Below, in pieces: positions 48,583 to 56,147 of a stretch of 56,147 nt of DNA; the first letter of the stretch is position 1; each line of letters begins with the position of its first letter. The translations under genes were made by a program, and so were the position numbers. The notes beneath the pieces are model-generated. The model made no database searches. It was given only the letters and a program-made list of their open reading frames with translations, and was not told where the DNA came from. Origin of the DNA: Desulfonatronovibrionaceae bacterium. Lineage in GTDB: Bacteria; Desulfobacterota; Desulfovibrionia; Desulfovibrionales; Desulfonatronovibrionaceae. The DNA lies in NCBI GenBank assembly GCA_046539845.1, contig JBKHGE010000010.1:1-56147 (forward strand). Direction: 5' to 3'.

Positions 48583-51024
48583 TCAGTGGGCCGGGGTACG
48601 GAACTCGTCCTTTATAAGCTTCTGAGTAAGCGGGATCATACTGTTTCTCCCGCAAAAAATGCTATGATTGTCCGCATTAAGCAGCGCGGTGCACAAAACA
48701 TCATCCATGCTGCTGACCTTAATTATCTCCAGCCCCTTGAGTATCTTGTCCGGGACCTCTTTTAAATCCTTGGCGTTGTCCTCCGGGATTATCACCGCAC
48801 TTATGAGGCCGCGCTGCGCAGCCAGGAGCTTTTCCCGCAGCCCGCCGATGGGCAGGACCCTGCCCCTGAGCGTGATTTCTCCGGTCATAGCCAGGTCGTT
48901 GCGCACGGGCTGGTTTAAAAGGGCGGAAACCAAACTGGTGGCCAGGGTGATCCCAGCCGAGGGACCGTCTTTGGGAGTACCCCCTTCCGGGACATGCACA
49001 TGCACATCGATTTCCTTGTAAAAATCGCTTTTCAGACCAAAGAGTTCGGATCGGGAGCGGACGTAGCTCAGGGCCGCCTTGGCACTCTCCTGCATAACAT
49101 CCCCAAGCTTTCCGGTTATCTCTATTTTTCCGGTCCCGGGCATAAGGGCAGTCTCCACCATGAGCAGCTCGCCGCCGACCTCGGTCCAGGCCAGTCCCGT
49201 GGCCACTCCGACCAGGGGATCGTCCTCGCGCAGGCCGTAACGGGTCTTGGGCACCCCCAGATAACCGGCCACGCTGGCCTTGTTCACCCGGATCCGCCTG
49301 GTGGTCTCGCCCTTTTTGACCAAGGACTTGGCCGCCTTGCGGCATATGGAGGCCACCTCCCGCTCCAGGTTGCGCACTCCGGCCTCCCGGGTGTACCTGC
49401 GGATAATCTCCAAAAAGGCCCCCTCGGAAAATCTAATCTGATCTTTGCCCAGCCCGTGCGTTTCCAACTGCTTGGGCAAAAGGAAATGTTTGGCGATCTG
49501 GCTCTTTTCCGTTTCCAGATACCCGGGCAGCTTGATGATCTCCATGCGGTCCTGCAGTGGGACCGGGATGGTGTGCAGGCTGTTGGCCGTGGTTATAAAG
49601 AAAATATTGGACAGATCATAGTCAATATCCAGGTAATGGTCGTTAAAGGCCTCATTCTGCTCCGGATCCAGTACCTCCAGCAGGGCGGCCGAGGGGTCCC
49701 CCCGGAAGTCGGTGCTCATCTTGTCCACCTCGTCCATGCAAAAGACCGGATTGTTGTATTCCACCCGCTTCAGACTACGGATGATCTTCCCGGGCAAAGC
49801 GCCTACATAGGTGCGGCGGTGTCCCCGGATCTCGGCCTCATCCCGCACCCCGCCCAAAGAGAGGCGGACGAATTCCCGGCCGGTGGCCCGGGCCACGGAA
49901 CGGGCCAAAGAGGTCTTGCCCACTCCTGGTGGCCCGACTAGGCAGAGAATGGGCCCCTTGAGCTTGTTCACCAAGGACTGTACCGCCAGGTATTCCAGGA
50001 TACGTTCCTTGGGTCTTTCCAGACCGTAGTGGTCCTCGTCCAAAATGGTCTCGGCCGCTGTGATCTCTATCTCGCTTTCCTTCAGCCGGCCCCAGGGCAG
50101 AGTAAGTATCCAGTCGATATAGTTGTGCAGGACCGAATATTCCGCTGAACTCGGGGTGGTCATCTTCAGCTTTTTGAGTTCCTCCAAGGCCTTGTCCCGG
50201 GCCTCCTGGGGCATTTCCTTGGCCCGAATCTTGTCCTCCAGGGCATCCATCTCCTCCTTGGGATCCACATCCCGGCCCATCTCCTTGTGTATAGCCTTTA
50301 ACTGTTCGGAGAGGTAATAGTCCTTCTGGTTGCCCTCCATCTGTTTTTTGACCCGGGATTTTATCTTCTTTTCCAGGGAATAGACCTCGATCTCTTCGCT
50401 TAAGTACTCATACGCCTTTTCCAGGCGCACCGCAGGATCGGTTTCCTCTAACAGCTCCTGTTTCTTGCGGAAATCCACCTTTAGGTGCGGCAGGAGGGAA
50501 TCGGCCAGTTCTCCGGGCTCGGCCTGGGAGGTAAGGGATGTAATCGTCTCCCTGGAGATTTTGCTGTTGATCTTGCCGAACTGCTCCACCCCTTCCCGGA
50601 CGGCCCGCAAAAGGGCCTGGATCTCGCTGTCCGACTCAATGTCCGTATCCCGAACCGTTTCCACGTCCGCCTGAGGGACACTCATGTCCATGTCCAGGCC
50701 GGCAAGGTTCAGCCTGCCCCTGGACAGGCCCTCGAACAAGACCTTGATGGTCCCGTCCGGGAGCCGGAACATCTGCAGGATCCTGCACACACATCCAAAT
50801 CCATACAGGTCGTCAGGGGCCGGGGCCTCGACCTTGGGGTCCTTCTGGGCCACCAGGAAAATCTGTTTTCCATATTCGGCAATTGCGGTTTCCACTGCCT
50901 CTATGGACTTTTCCCGGCCCACAAACAAAGGCACTATGGACTTGGGAAACATGACCACTTCCCTAAGCGTCATCAAGGGCAGGGTCAATTTTTCCAGCAG
51001 GGCTGTGGTCTCTTCGGTGCTCAT
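48583..51024 (-). CDS. lon: ATP-dependent protease La (LonA)
   Basis: [20 protein letters not shown] and [13 protein letters not shown]. Start 51024 after GGAGG. Confidence 0.98.
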   Translation of the reverse strand: MSTEETTALLEKLTLPLMTLREVVMFPKSIVPLFVGREKSIEAVETAIAEYGKQIFLVAQKDPKVEAPAPDDLYGFGCVCRILQMFRLPDGTIKVLFEGLSRGRLNLAGLDMDMSVPQADVETVRDTDIESDSEIQALLRAVREGVEQFGKINSKISRETITSLTSQAEPGELADSLLPHLKVDFRKKQELLEETDPAVRLEKAYEYLSEEIEVYSLEKKIKSRVKKQMEGNQKDYYLSEQLKAIHKEMGRDVDPKEEMDALEDKIRAKEMPQEARDKALEELKKLKMTTPSSAEYSVLHNYIDWILTLPWGRLKESEIEITAAETILDEDHYGLERPKERILEYLAVQSLVNKLKGPILCLVGPPGVGKTSLARSVARATGREFVRLSLGGVRDEAEIRGHRRTYVGALPGKIIRSLKRVEYNNPVFCMDEVDKMSTDFRGDPSAALLEVLDPEQNEAFNDHYLDIDYDLSNIFFITTANSLHTIPVPLQDRMEIIKLPGYLETEKSQIAKHFLLPKQLETHGLGKDQIRFSEGAFLEIIRRYTREAGVRNLEREVASICRKAAKSLVKKGETTRRIRVNKASVAGYLGVPKTRYGLREDDPLVGVATGLAWTEVGGELLMVETALMPGTGKIEITGKLGDVMQESAKAALSYVRSRSELFGLKSDFYKEIDVHVHVPEGGTPKDGPSAGITLATSLVSALLNQPVRNDLAMTGEITLRGRVLPIGGLREKLLAAQRGLISAVIIPEDNAKDLKEVPDKILKGLEIIKVSSMDDVLCTALLNADNHSIFCGRNSMIPLTQKLIKDEFRTPAH

Positions 51025-51040
51025 AAATTCCTCCTCCGGA

Positions 51041-52291
51041 TCAGGCTGTCCGGGCTTCCTGGTCATAGATAAGAATCGGTTCCAGGGAGTTTTCAATAAC
51101 CGACTTGTTGATCAAACATTCCCGGACTCCGTCCAGAGAAGGGAGCTTATACATGGTCTCGAGCATTATCCTTTCCATCACATTGCGCAGGCCGCGAGCC
51201 CCGGTCTTCTGCTCCAGTGCCTTCCGGGCTATGGCCTTAAGCGCGTTGTGCGTGAATTTGAGTTCAATGCCATCCAGTTCGAACATCTTTTTATACTGCT
51301 TGACCAAGGCGTTTCTGGGCTTGGTCAAGATCTCCACCAGATCTTCCTCGGACAACTCCTCCAGGCTGGAGGTCACCGGAATGCGTCCCACGAATTCCGG
51401 AATCAGCCCGTACTTTATCAGATCCTCGGGATGGAGCTTTTTGATTACCTCGGACTGACTCATGTCCTGTCTGGTGCCCAGGCTGGCCCCAAACCCCATA
51501 CTTTTGCCCTGAACCCGGTCCTGGACTATCTTTTCCAGGCCTATGAACGCACCTCCGGCAATAAACAGGATGTTGGAGGTGTCCAGGCGGATAAACTCCT
51601 GCTGCGGATGCTTACGCCCGCCCTTGGGCGGGATATTGGCCTCGGTCCCTTCGACTATCTTAAGCAAGGCCTGCTGCACGCCCTCACCGGATACGTCCCG
51701 GGTGATGGACGGGCTGTCCGACTTACGGGCTATCTTGTCGATCTCGTCCACATAGACAATCCCCTTGGAGGCCGACTCCAGATCATAGTCAGCGTTTTGG
51801 ACCAGCTGGACCAGGATATTTTCCACATCCTCGCCCACATACCCGGCCTCAGTAAGGTTGGTGGCGTCGGCTATGGCAAAGGGGACTTTAAGCACCCGGG
51901 CCAGGGTCTGGGCCATAAGGGTCTTCCCGGAGCCGGTCGGACCGACCAAAAGGATATTGCTCTTGTCCAGCTCCACATCATCCGGTTTGGCCCCTGCGTA
52001 CTGTACCCGTTTGTAATGGTTGTACACTGCCACGGCCAGGATCTTTTTGGTCTCTTCCTGACCCACCACATATTCGTCCAGGGCCTTTTTTATCTCCGCG
52101 GGTGGGAGTAGATCGCCACTTTCAAATTCCTCCTGGACATTGTCCTGGGCGATTATCTCCTCGCAAAGCCCCACACATTCGTTGCAGATATACACATTCG
52201 GCCCGGCGATCAGGCGATCCACCTCTTCCTGGGTCTTACCGCAGAAAGAACAGGCCAGGTCATATACGTAAGGTTTTTTGGTGTCCGACAT
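51041..52291 (-). CDS. clpX: Clp protease ATPase subunit ClpX
   Basis: CSFCGK..ICNEC zinc finger, [18 protein letters not shown] and [10 protein letters not shown]. Confidence 0.98.
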   Translation of the reverse strand: MSDTKKPYVYDLACSFCGKTQEEVDRLIAGPNVYICNECVGLCEEIIAQDNVQEEFESGDLLPPAEIKKALDEYVVGQEETKKILAVAVYNHYKRVQYAGAKPDDVELDKSNILLVGPTGSGKTLMAQTLARVLKVPFAIADATNLTEAGYVGEDVENILVQLVQNADYDLESASKGIVYVDEIDKIARKSDSPSITRDVSGEGVQQALLKIVEGTEANIPPKGGRKHPQQEFIRLDTSNILFIAGGAFIGLEKIVQDRVQGKSMGFGASLGTRQDMSQSEVIKKLHPEDLIKYGLIPEFVGRIPVTSSLEELSEEDLVEILTKPRNALVKQYKKMFELDGIELKFTHNALKAIARKALEQKTGARGLRNVMERIMLETMYKLPSLDGVRECLINKSVIENSLEPILIYDQEARTA

Positions 52292-52356
52292 TCTTTCACC
52301 TCATAAATAATGTTTCCAGCTTGTCTGGATGTCTCGCGGTAGTGGTCCGCTGGAGA

Positions 52357-52971
52357 TTATCCGGACTGTTTGTCTTCAAGTTCGCTACGCGAGGTCAAAA
52401 CACGGTCAATGACCCCGTATTTAGCGCATTCTTCTGCGCTCATGAAATAATCCCTGTCCGTGTCTTCCTCTATACGCTTCAGTTTCTGTCCAGTATGTTT
52501 GGCCAGGATATCGCTGAGTATGGATTTAAGACGAATAATTTCTTTGGCCTGAATGTCAATATCAGTGGCCTGCCCCTGGAATCCGCCGGCAGGCTGATGG
52601 AGCAGGATCCGGCTGTGGGGCAACGCATAACGCATGCCCGGCTCTCCGGCGGCCAGGAGGAGAGCGCCCATACTGGCGGCCTGACCCAGGCACAAAGTGG
52701 CCACAGGAGCGGATATGTACTGCATGGTGTCGTAAATGGCCAGACCCGCGGTGACCGATCCACCCGGGGAATTGATATAGAAGTTTATCTCCCGGTCCGG
52801 ATTCTCTGACTCCAGAAACAGGAGCTGGGCACAGATCAGATTGGAGATATTGTCATCCACCGGGGTCCCCAGGAGAATAATCCGGTCCTTCAAAAGCCGG
52901 GAGTAGATATCATAGGCGCGTTCTCCGCGGCCCGTGGTCTCGATCACCATGGGGATGTTGCCATAAGCCAT
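52357..52971 (-). CDS. clpP: Clp protease proteolytic subunit
   Basis: [24 protein letters not shown] and HQP. Start 52971 after AAGGAG. Confidence 0.98.
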   Translation of the reverse strand: MAYGNIPMVIETTGRGERAYDIYSRLLKDRIILLGTPVDDNISNLICAQLLFLESENPDREINFYINSPGGSVTAGLAIYDTMQYISAPVATLCLGQAASMGALLLAAGEPGMRYALPHSRILLHQPAGGFQGQATDIDIQAKEIIRLKSILSDILAKHTGQKLKRIEEDTDRDYFMSAEECAKYGVIDRVLTSRSELEDKQSG

Positions 52972-53188
52972 AGACCTCTCCTTGGAAAATGGTTTTTTGT
53001 TCAAAAAAGATTATTGCCCTCAAATCTTTGGAGCTAACAGACAGGGGCATTTCTCACATTGGTATTTAAACCTTAGTATAATCCGCACTGAAAGACAAAC
53101 AGGAATCCGCAGGGGAAGGACCAAAAAAGACATTGGCAGGACGGGCCGGAAGGTGTGCACCCTCCGGCCCGGCAAGACAGATATCGAA

Positions 53189-54511
53189 TTACTCCGAGGG
53201 GTTTTCTTCTCCATCCCCGTCTTCTGGTGGAACCAGGGTAATGTCGGCGCTTTCGTAGATCAAATCCATGGCCTTGTCCGCCAGGATCCGGTCCTTTAAT
53301 GCGAACATGAGGTTGTTCTCCTCATAGAACTGTTTGAGCTCCATCGCATTCTGTCCGCTTTGCTGGGCCATTTTCTGGATCATGGCGTCAATCTCCGAGT
53401 TATCCACGCTCAAGTCCTCGTTGTTGGCCACCGCCAAAAGGAACAGATGGGCCTTGGCGTTGTCCTCGGCTTCGGGCCGCATCTCCTCTTTCCATTCCTC
53501 CACTGACTTTCCGGAGGATTCCAGGCTCTTGCCCCGCCTTTCCAGTCTGGATTTAAGATCCTGGACCTTCTGATCCAAATACCCCTGGACCACTGATTCC
53601 GGGAGCTCGAACTCCACCTGGGCCTTGAGCTCGTCCAAAATCTCCTTCTGGGCCTCGCTCTTGTTCAGCTCCTTGCGGCTGGCGGTATAGGAGTTTTCTA
53701 TGACCTCCCGCATCTGCGCCACGCTCTCGAATCCGCCGGCCTTCTGGGCCAACTCATCGTCAACCTCGGGCAGCCGCTTCTCCTTGATACTCTTGAGCTT
53801 TACCCGCATTAAGACCGGCTTGCCGGCCAGATCCGGATTCAAAAAATCCTCGGGAAGAGTTATTTCCTTCTCCTTTTCCTGGTCCTGCTCCATCTCCTTG
53901 ACCAATTCCTCGAAATCGGGCAGGGCATTGCCCTCGCCTAGGGTGAGCTGAAAATTCTCTGCTTTGACCCCTTCTATGGGCTGACCGTCTTTGTAGGCCT
54001 GAAAATCAATGACCACGGCCTCTCCTTCCTGCGGCTTCCGGGGCTCATCCACGAGGATGTATTCGGCCAGATTCTCCCGCACCCGGTCGATGACCTCCTG
54101 GATTTCCTCCTCCACCACGCGGACTTCCCTTTCCTCCGCCTTAAGGCCCTTATATTCGGGCAGCTCAAACTCCGGGGCCACTTCAAAACTAAACGAGTAC
54201 TCAAACGGCTCCCCCTTGACCAGCTCCTTGGCGTCCACTTCGATCCTGGAAAGCGGGGCTATCTGCATCTCGTTCATTATCTCGTTTATATGGGTATTGA
54301 TCAGGTCAGTGGTGGCTTCACTGTAAATCTGTTTTTTGAACCTGTTTTCAATAACCGAGGAAGGGACCTTGCCTTTGCGGAACCCCTTTATATCCGCATC
54401 CTTGCGGTACAAGGCCACTGTCGCGGCCAAGGCGGCCCGGCCTTCCTCCTCCGGCACCTGGACCCGAACTTTTTTCTTGACTGAAGATAGGTCTTCAACT
54501 TGATAATCCAT
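53189..54511 (-). CDS. tig: Trigger factor
   Basis: GFRKGKVP ribosome-binding motif, FKBP domain, tig-clpP-clpX-lon order. Confidence 0.97.
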   Translation of the reverse strand: MDYQVEDLSSVKKKVRVQVPEEEGRAALAATVALYRKDADIKGFRKGKVPSSVIENRFKKQIYSEATTDLINTHINEIMNEMQIAPLSRIEVDAKELVKGEPFEYSFSFEVAPEFELPEYKGLKAEEREVRVVEEEIQEVIDRVRENLAEYILVDEPRKPQEGEAVVIDFQAYKDGQPIEGVKAENFQLTLGEGNALPDFEELVKEMEQDQEKEKEITLPEDFLNPDLAGKPVLMRVKLKSIKEKRLPEVDDELAQKAGGFESVAQMREVIENSYTASRKELNKSEAQKEILDELKAQVEFELPESVVQGYLDQKVQDLKSRLERRGKSLESSGKSVEEWKEEMRPEAEDNAKAHLFLLAVANNEDLSVDNSEIDAMIQKMAQQSGQNAMELKQFYEENNLMFALKDRILADKAMDLIYESADITLVPPEDGDGEENPSE

Positions 54512-54682
54512 GGACCGATTTCCTCCTTAAAACTGGGTGTTGAAATTTTATCCGTACAGGCCGGGTGGTTTTGCACAACCGGGACCAAGCATACCCACCG
54601 TCGGCCTGCAGGGCTTTCCGGAAAGATTTAGAAACAGGCCCTGCCCGCTTTGTCTACAGGCCACCTGTTGGCATCCCCCTGC

Positions 54683-54768
54683 TGGTGCGAGAGGGGGGAC
54701 TCGAACCCCCACGGAGCCAGGCCGCTGGATCCTAAGTCCAGTGCGTCTACCAATTCCGCCACTCTCGC
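54683..54768 (-). tRNA. tRNA-Leu (anticodon TAG), CCA encoded
   Basis: GCGAGAGTGGCGGAATTGGTAGACGCA CTGGA-CTTAGGA-TCCAG, long variable arm, GGGGGTTCGAGTCCCCC CTCTCGCACCA. Confidence 0.97.
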
Positions 54769-54855
54769 AACACAAAAGCGGTTAAATAGACACCCAAAGC
54801 CCCGGATGTCAATAGTAACACCGCGGTGCAGAGGGTCAAGGGAGGAAATATATCC

Positions 54856-55692
54856 CTAAATTGCGGTCAGGTAGCTCCTGCTCCCTTTTAGAGAGGATTC
54901 CAGCTCGTGGATAAACCTATCCGCCCCGTAGCCGTCCAGGACATAAGCGAACCGTTTCACCCCTCCCCGATCTTGACTCAGAAAAAGATCCACGCATCTC
55001 TCCAGGACCCAGAGGACATCCCCTTGAGAATACAGACCAGAAAGTTCCCGGGCCAGGTGGGGATGACGGCCCAATCTCCCCCCTATCTGGATCCTGAATC
55101 CGTGTCCGGCGGCAAATATCTTTCCGGTGGGGCACACATCTATGCACTGCCCGCATTGCAGACATTTTTCCGCGCAAATGAGGACTCCGCCTCCATCCAG
55201 GGAGATCGCATGCTCACGGCAGATCTCCTCGCATGCCCCGCAACGGGTGCACTCTGCATTGCCTGCTTCCGGAACCGCTGCCCCGATAATGCCCAAATCA
55301 AATATCTGCGGCCGGGAACAGGCATTGGGGCACTCGGAGATACTCACCCGGAACTCGTGATGGGGCTTGACCTTTTCCCGGCCCAGACTTCTCTGCAAAA
55401 ACCCGAGGACATCCTTTTCCAGCAAAAGGCTCTCTATCTCCCCGGCAAGAGGTGCACTATCCGCAGCCCGGTTGGGGCACCTGGACGGGCCGAAGCACTG
55501 CTCCACTCTATAGCCCCGGACCTCGCTGGAAAGGCGGGACAGGAATTTACCCTTGCTTAGCTCCAGATGAAGAGGCTCAACAACGGATGCCCCGCTCGCG
55601 GCCGCTTCCTCCTCCACCCGGGCCCTTACCCTGCTGCGAACAAAAAAAGGCACCCGGGACAATTCCTTTTTTGCCTCCGCCGACCAGTCCAT
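54856..55692 (-). CDS. Nitrite/sulfite reductase 4Fe-4S domain protein with ferredoxin insert and N-terminal PCP_red-like domain
   Basis: WSAEAKKELSRVPFFVRSRVR; CFGPSRC (CX5C) and CPNAC (CX3C); CTRCGACEEIC and CLQCGQCIDVCP; IGGRLGRHP. Confidence 0.82.
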   Translation of the reverse strand: MDWSAEAKKELSRVPFFVRSRVRARVEEEAAASGASVVEPLHLELSKGKFLSRLSSEVRGYRVEQCFGPSRCPNRAADSAPLAGEIESLLLEKDVLGFLQRSLGREKVKPHHEFRVSISECPNACSRPQIFDLGIIGAAVPEAGNAECTRCGACEEICREHAISLDGGGVLICAEKCLQCGQCIDVCPTGKIFAAGHGFRIQIGGRLGRHPHLARELSGLYSQGDVLWVLERCVDLFLSQDRGGVKRFAYVLDGYGADRFIHELESSLKGSRSYLTAI

Positions 55693-55793
55693 ATTTTTTA
55701 CTCTCCGGTTTATTTTTAAGGCAATTTTTATAGATTTAAACCATCTCCCGGCAGCATACCATTGCCCCGAAAGAACCGCATCTTGGCTCCTCG

Positions 55794-56051
55794 TTATTTG
55801 ATATGCCCTTTCTTTCCTCGGGGAGCCCGAATTTTTTGCTCCTGTCTCCGGAATTCTTTCTCTACGGAATCTGGTTTTTTATCCGGCAAGCCGGGGGATT
55901 CTTCCAGGTCACATACCCCTTGTGAGGGGCATCCCGAGCATCCGCTGCACCCGCAGCTCTCCCCCGGGTCGGCATAAAGGGCGCGGAAAAAGCGCCTGAG
56001 GATGAAAAATGCTGCCACGATTATTATCAAAACTACTATTGCCTTTTGCAT
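55794..56051 (-). CDS. FeoB-associated-type Cys-rich small membrane protein
   Basis: AGGAG SD; N-terminal TM helix followed by CGCSGCSGCP..C. Confidence 0.72.
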   Translation of the reverse strand: MQKAIVVLIIIVAAFFILRRFFRALYADPGESCGCSGCSGCPSQGVCDLEESPGLPDKKPDSVEKEFRRQEQKIRAPRGKKGHIK

Positions 56052-56147
56052 AACCTTCTCCTTTTTTCTTTATCTAACCCCAAATTTATAGGTCCTAAAA
56101 CGAGCGATTTTTATTCAGTTGTAATTTATTCTTTGTCGAGTAACACG

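Noticed and set aside
50684..52111. 475-aa plus-strand ORF
   Set aside because: Antisense to clpX and lon; shadow ORF.
53142..53170. GC hairpin after tig
   Set aside because: No U tract; probably an ordinary mRNA stability hairpin.
56052..56147. AT-rich stretch as a possible Fur box
   Set aside because: No convincing palindrome, and the context is cut by the window edge.
54683..56147. tRNA-Leu as an island integration site
   Set aside because: No integrase or duplicated tRNA 3' end; tig follows the tRNA directly.

Overview
This is a chromosomal segment of a sulfate-reducing deltaproteobacterium. Gene content and order are Desulfovibrionales-like (inference). Most of the window is housekeeping on the minus strand: an AddAB-like helicase/nuclease pair (the AddA-like gene runs off the left edge and is missing from the ORF track), mscS, ilvD, lpxC, prmC-prfA-DUF1385-rpmE, rex, the Fo-only atp operon, tolC, moeA, trkAH, rpoD-dnaG-mutS2, rpsU, HU, rsmA, lon-clpX-clpP-tig and tRNA-Leu(TAG). 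The stand-out is a ~9.6 kb plus-strand cluster at 22320-31907. It encodes an unlisted 31-aa membrane peptide, MglB and an MglA small GTPase, PATAN/DUF4388-like proteins, a second roadblock-like protein, two apparently paralogous CheW-like proteins, a Cache/HAMP membrane receptor with no output domain, a tetraheme cytochrome c3, and an orphan TPR-fused PilB/GspE ATPase. It is a candidate redox-sensing G-protein/type IV pilus control system. Other items of note are a sigma54 + IHF + enhancer promoter for lpxC, Rex boxes at rex and at the atp operon, a probable non-canonical start for prmC, and a hairpin-dense region between rpsU and mutS2. I saw no CRISPR array, transposase or prophage. All family calls come from reading motifs by eye; no searches were run.
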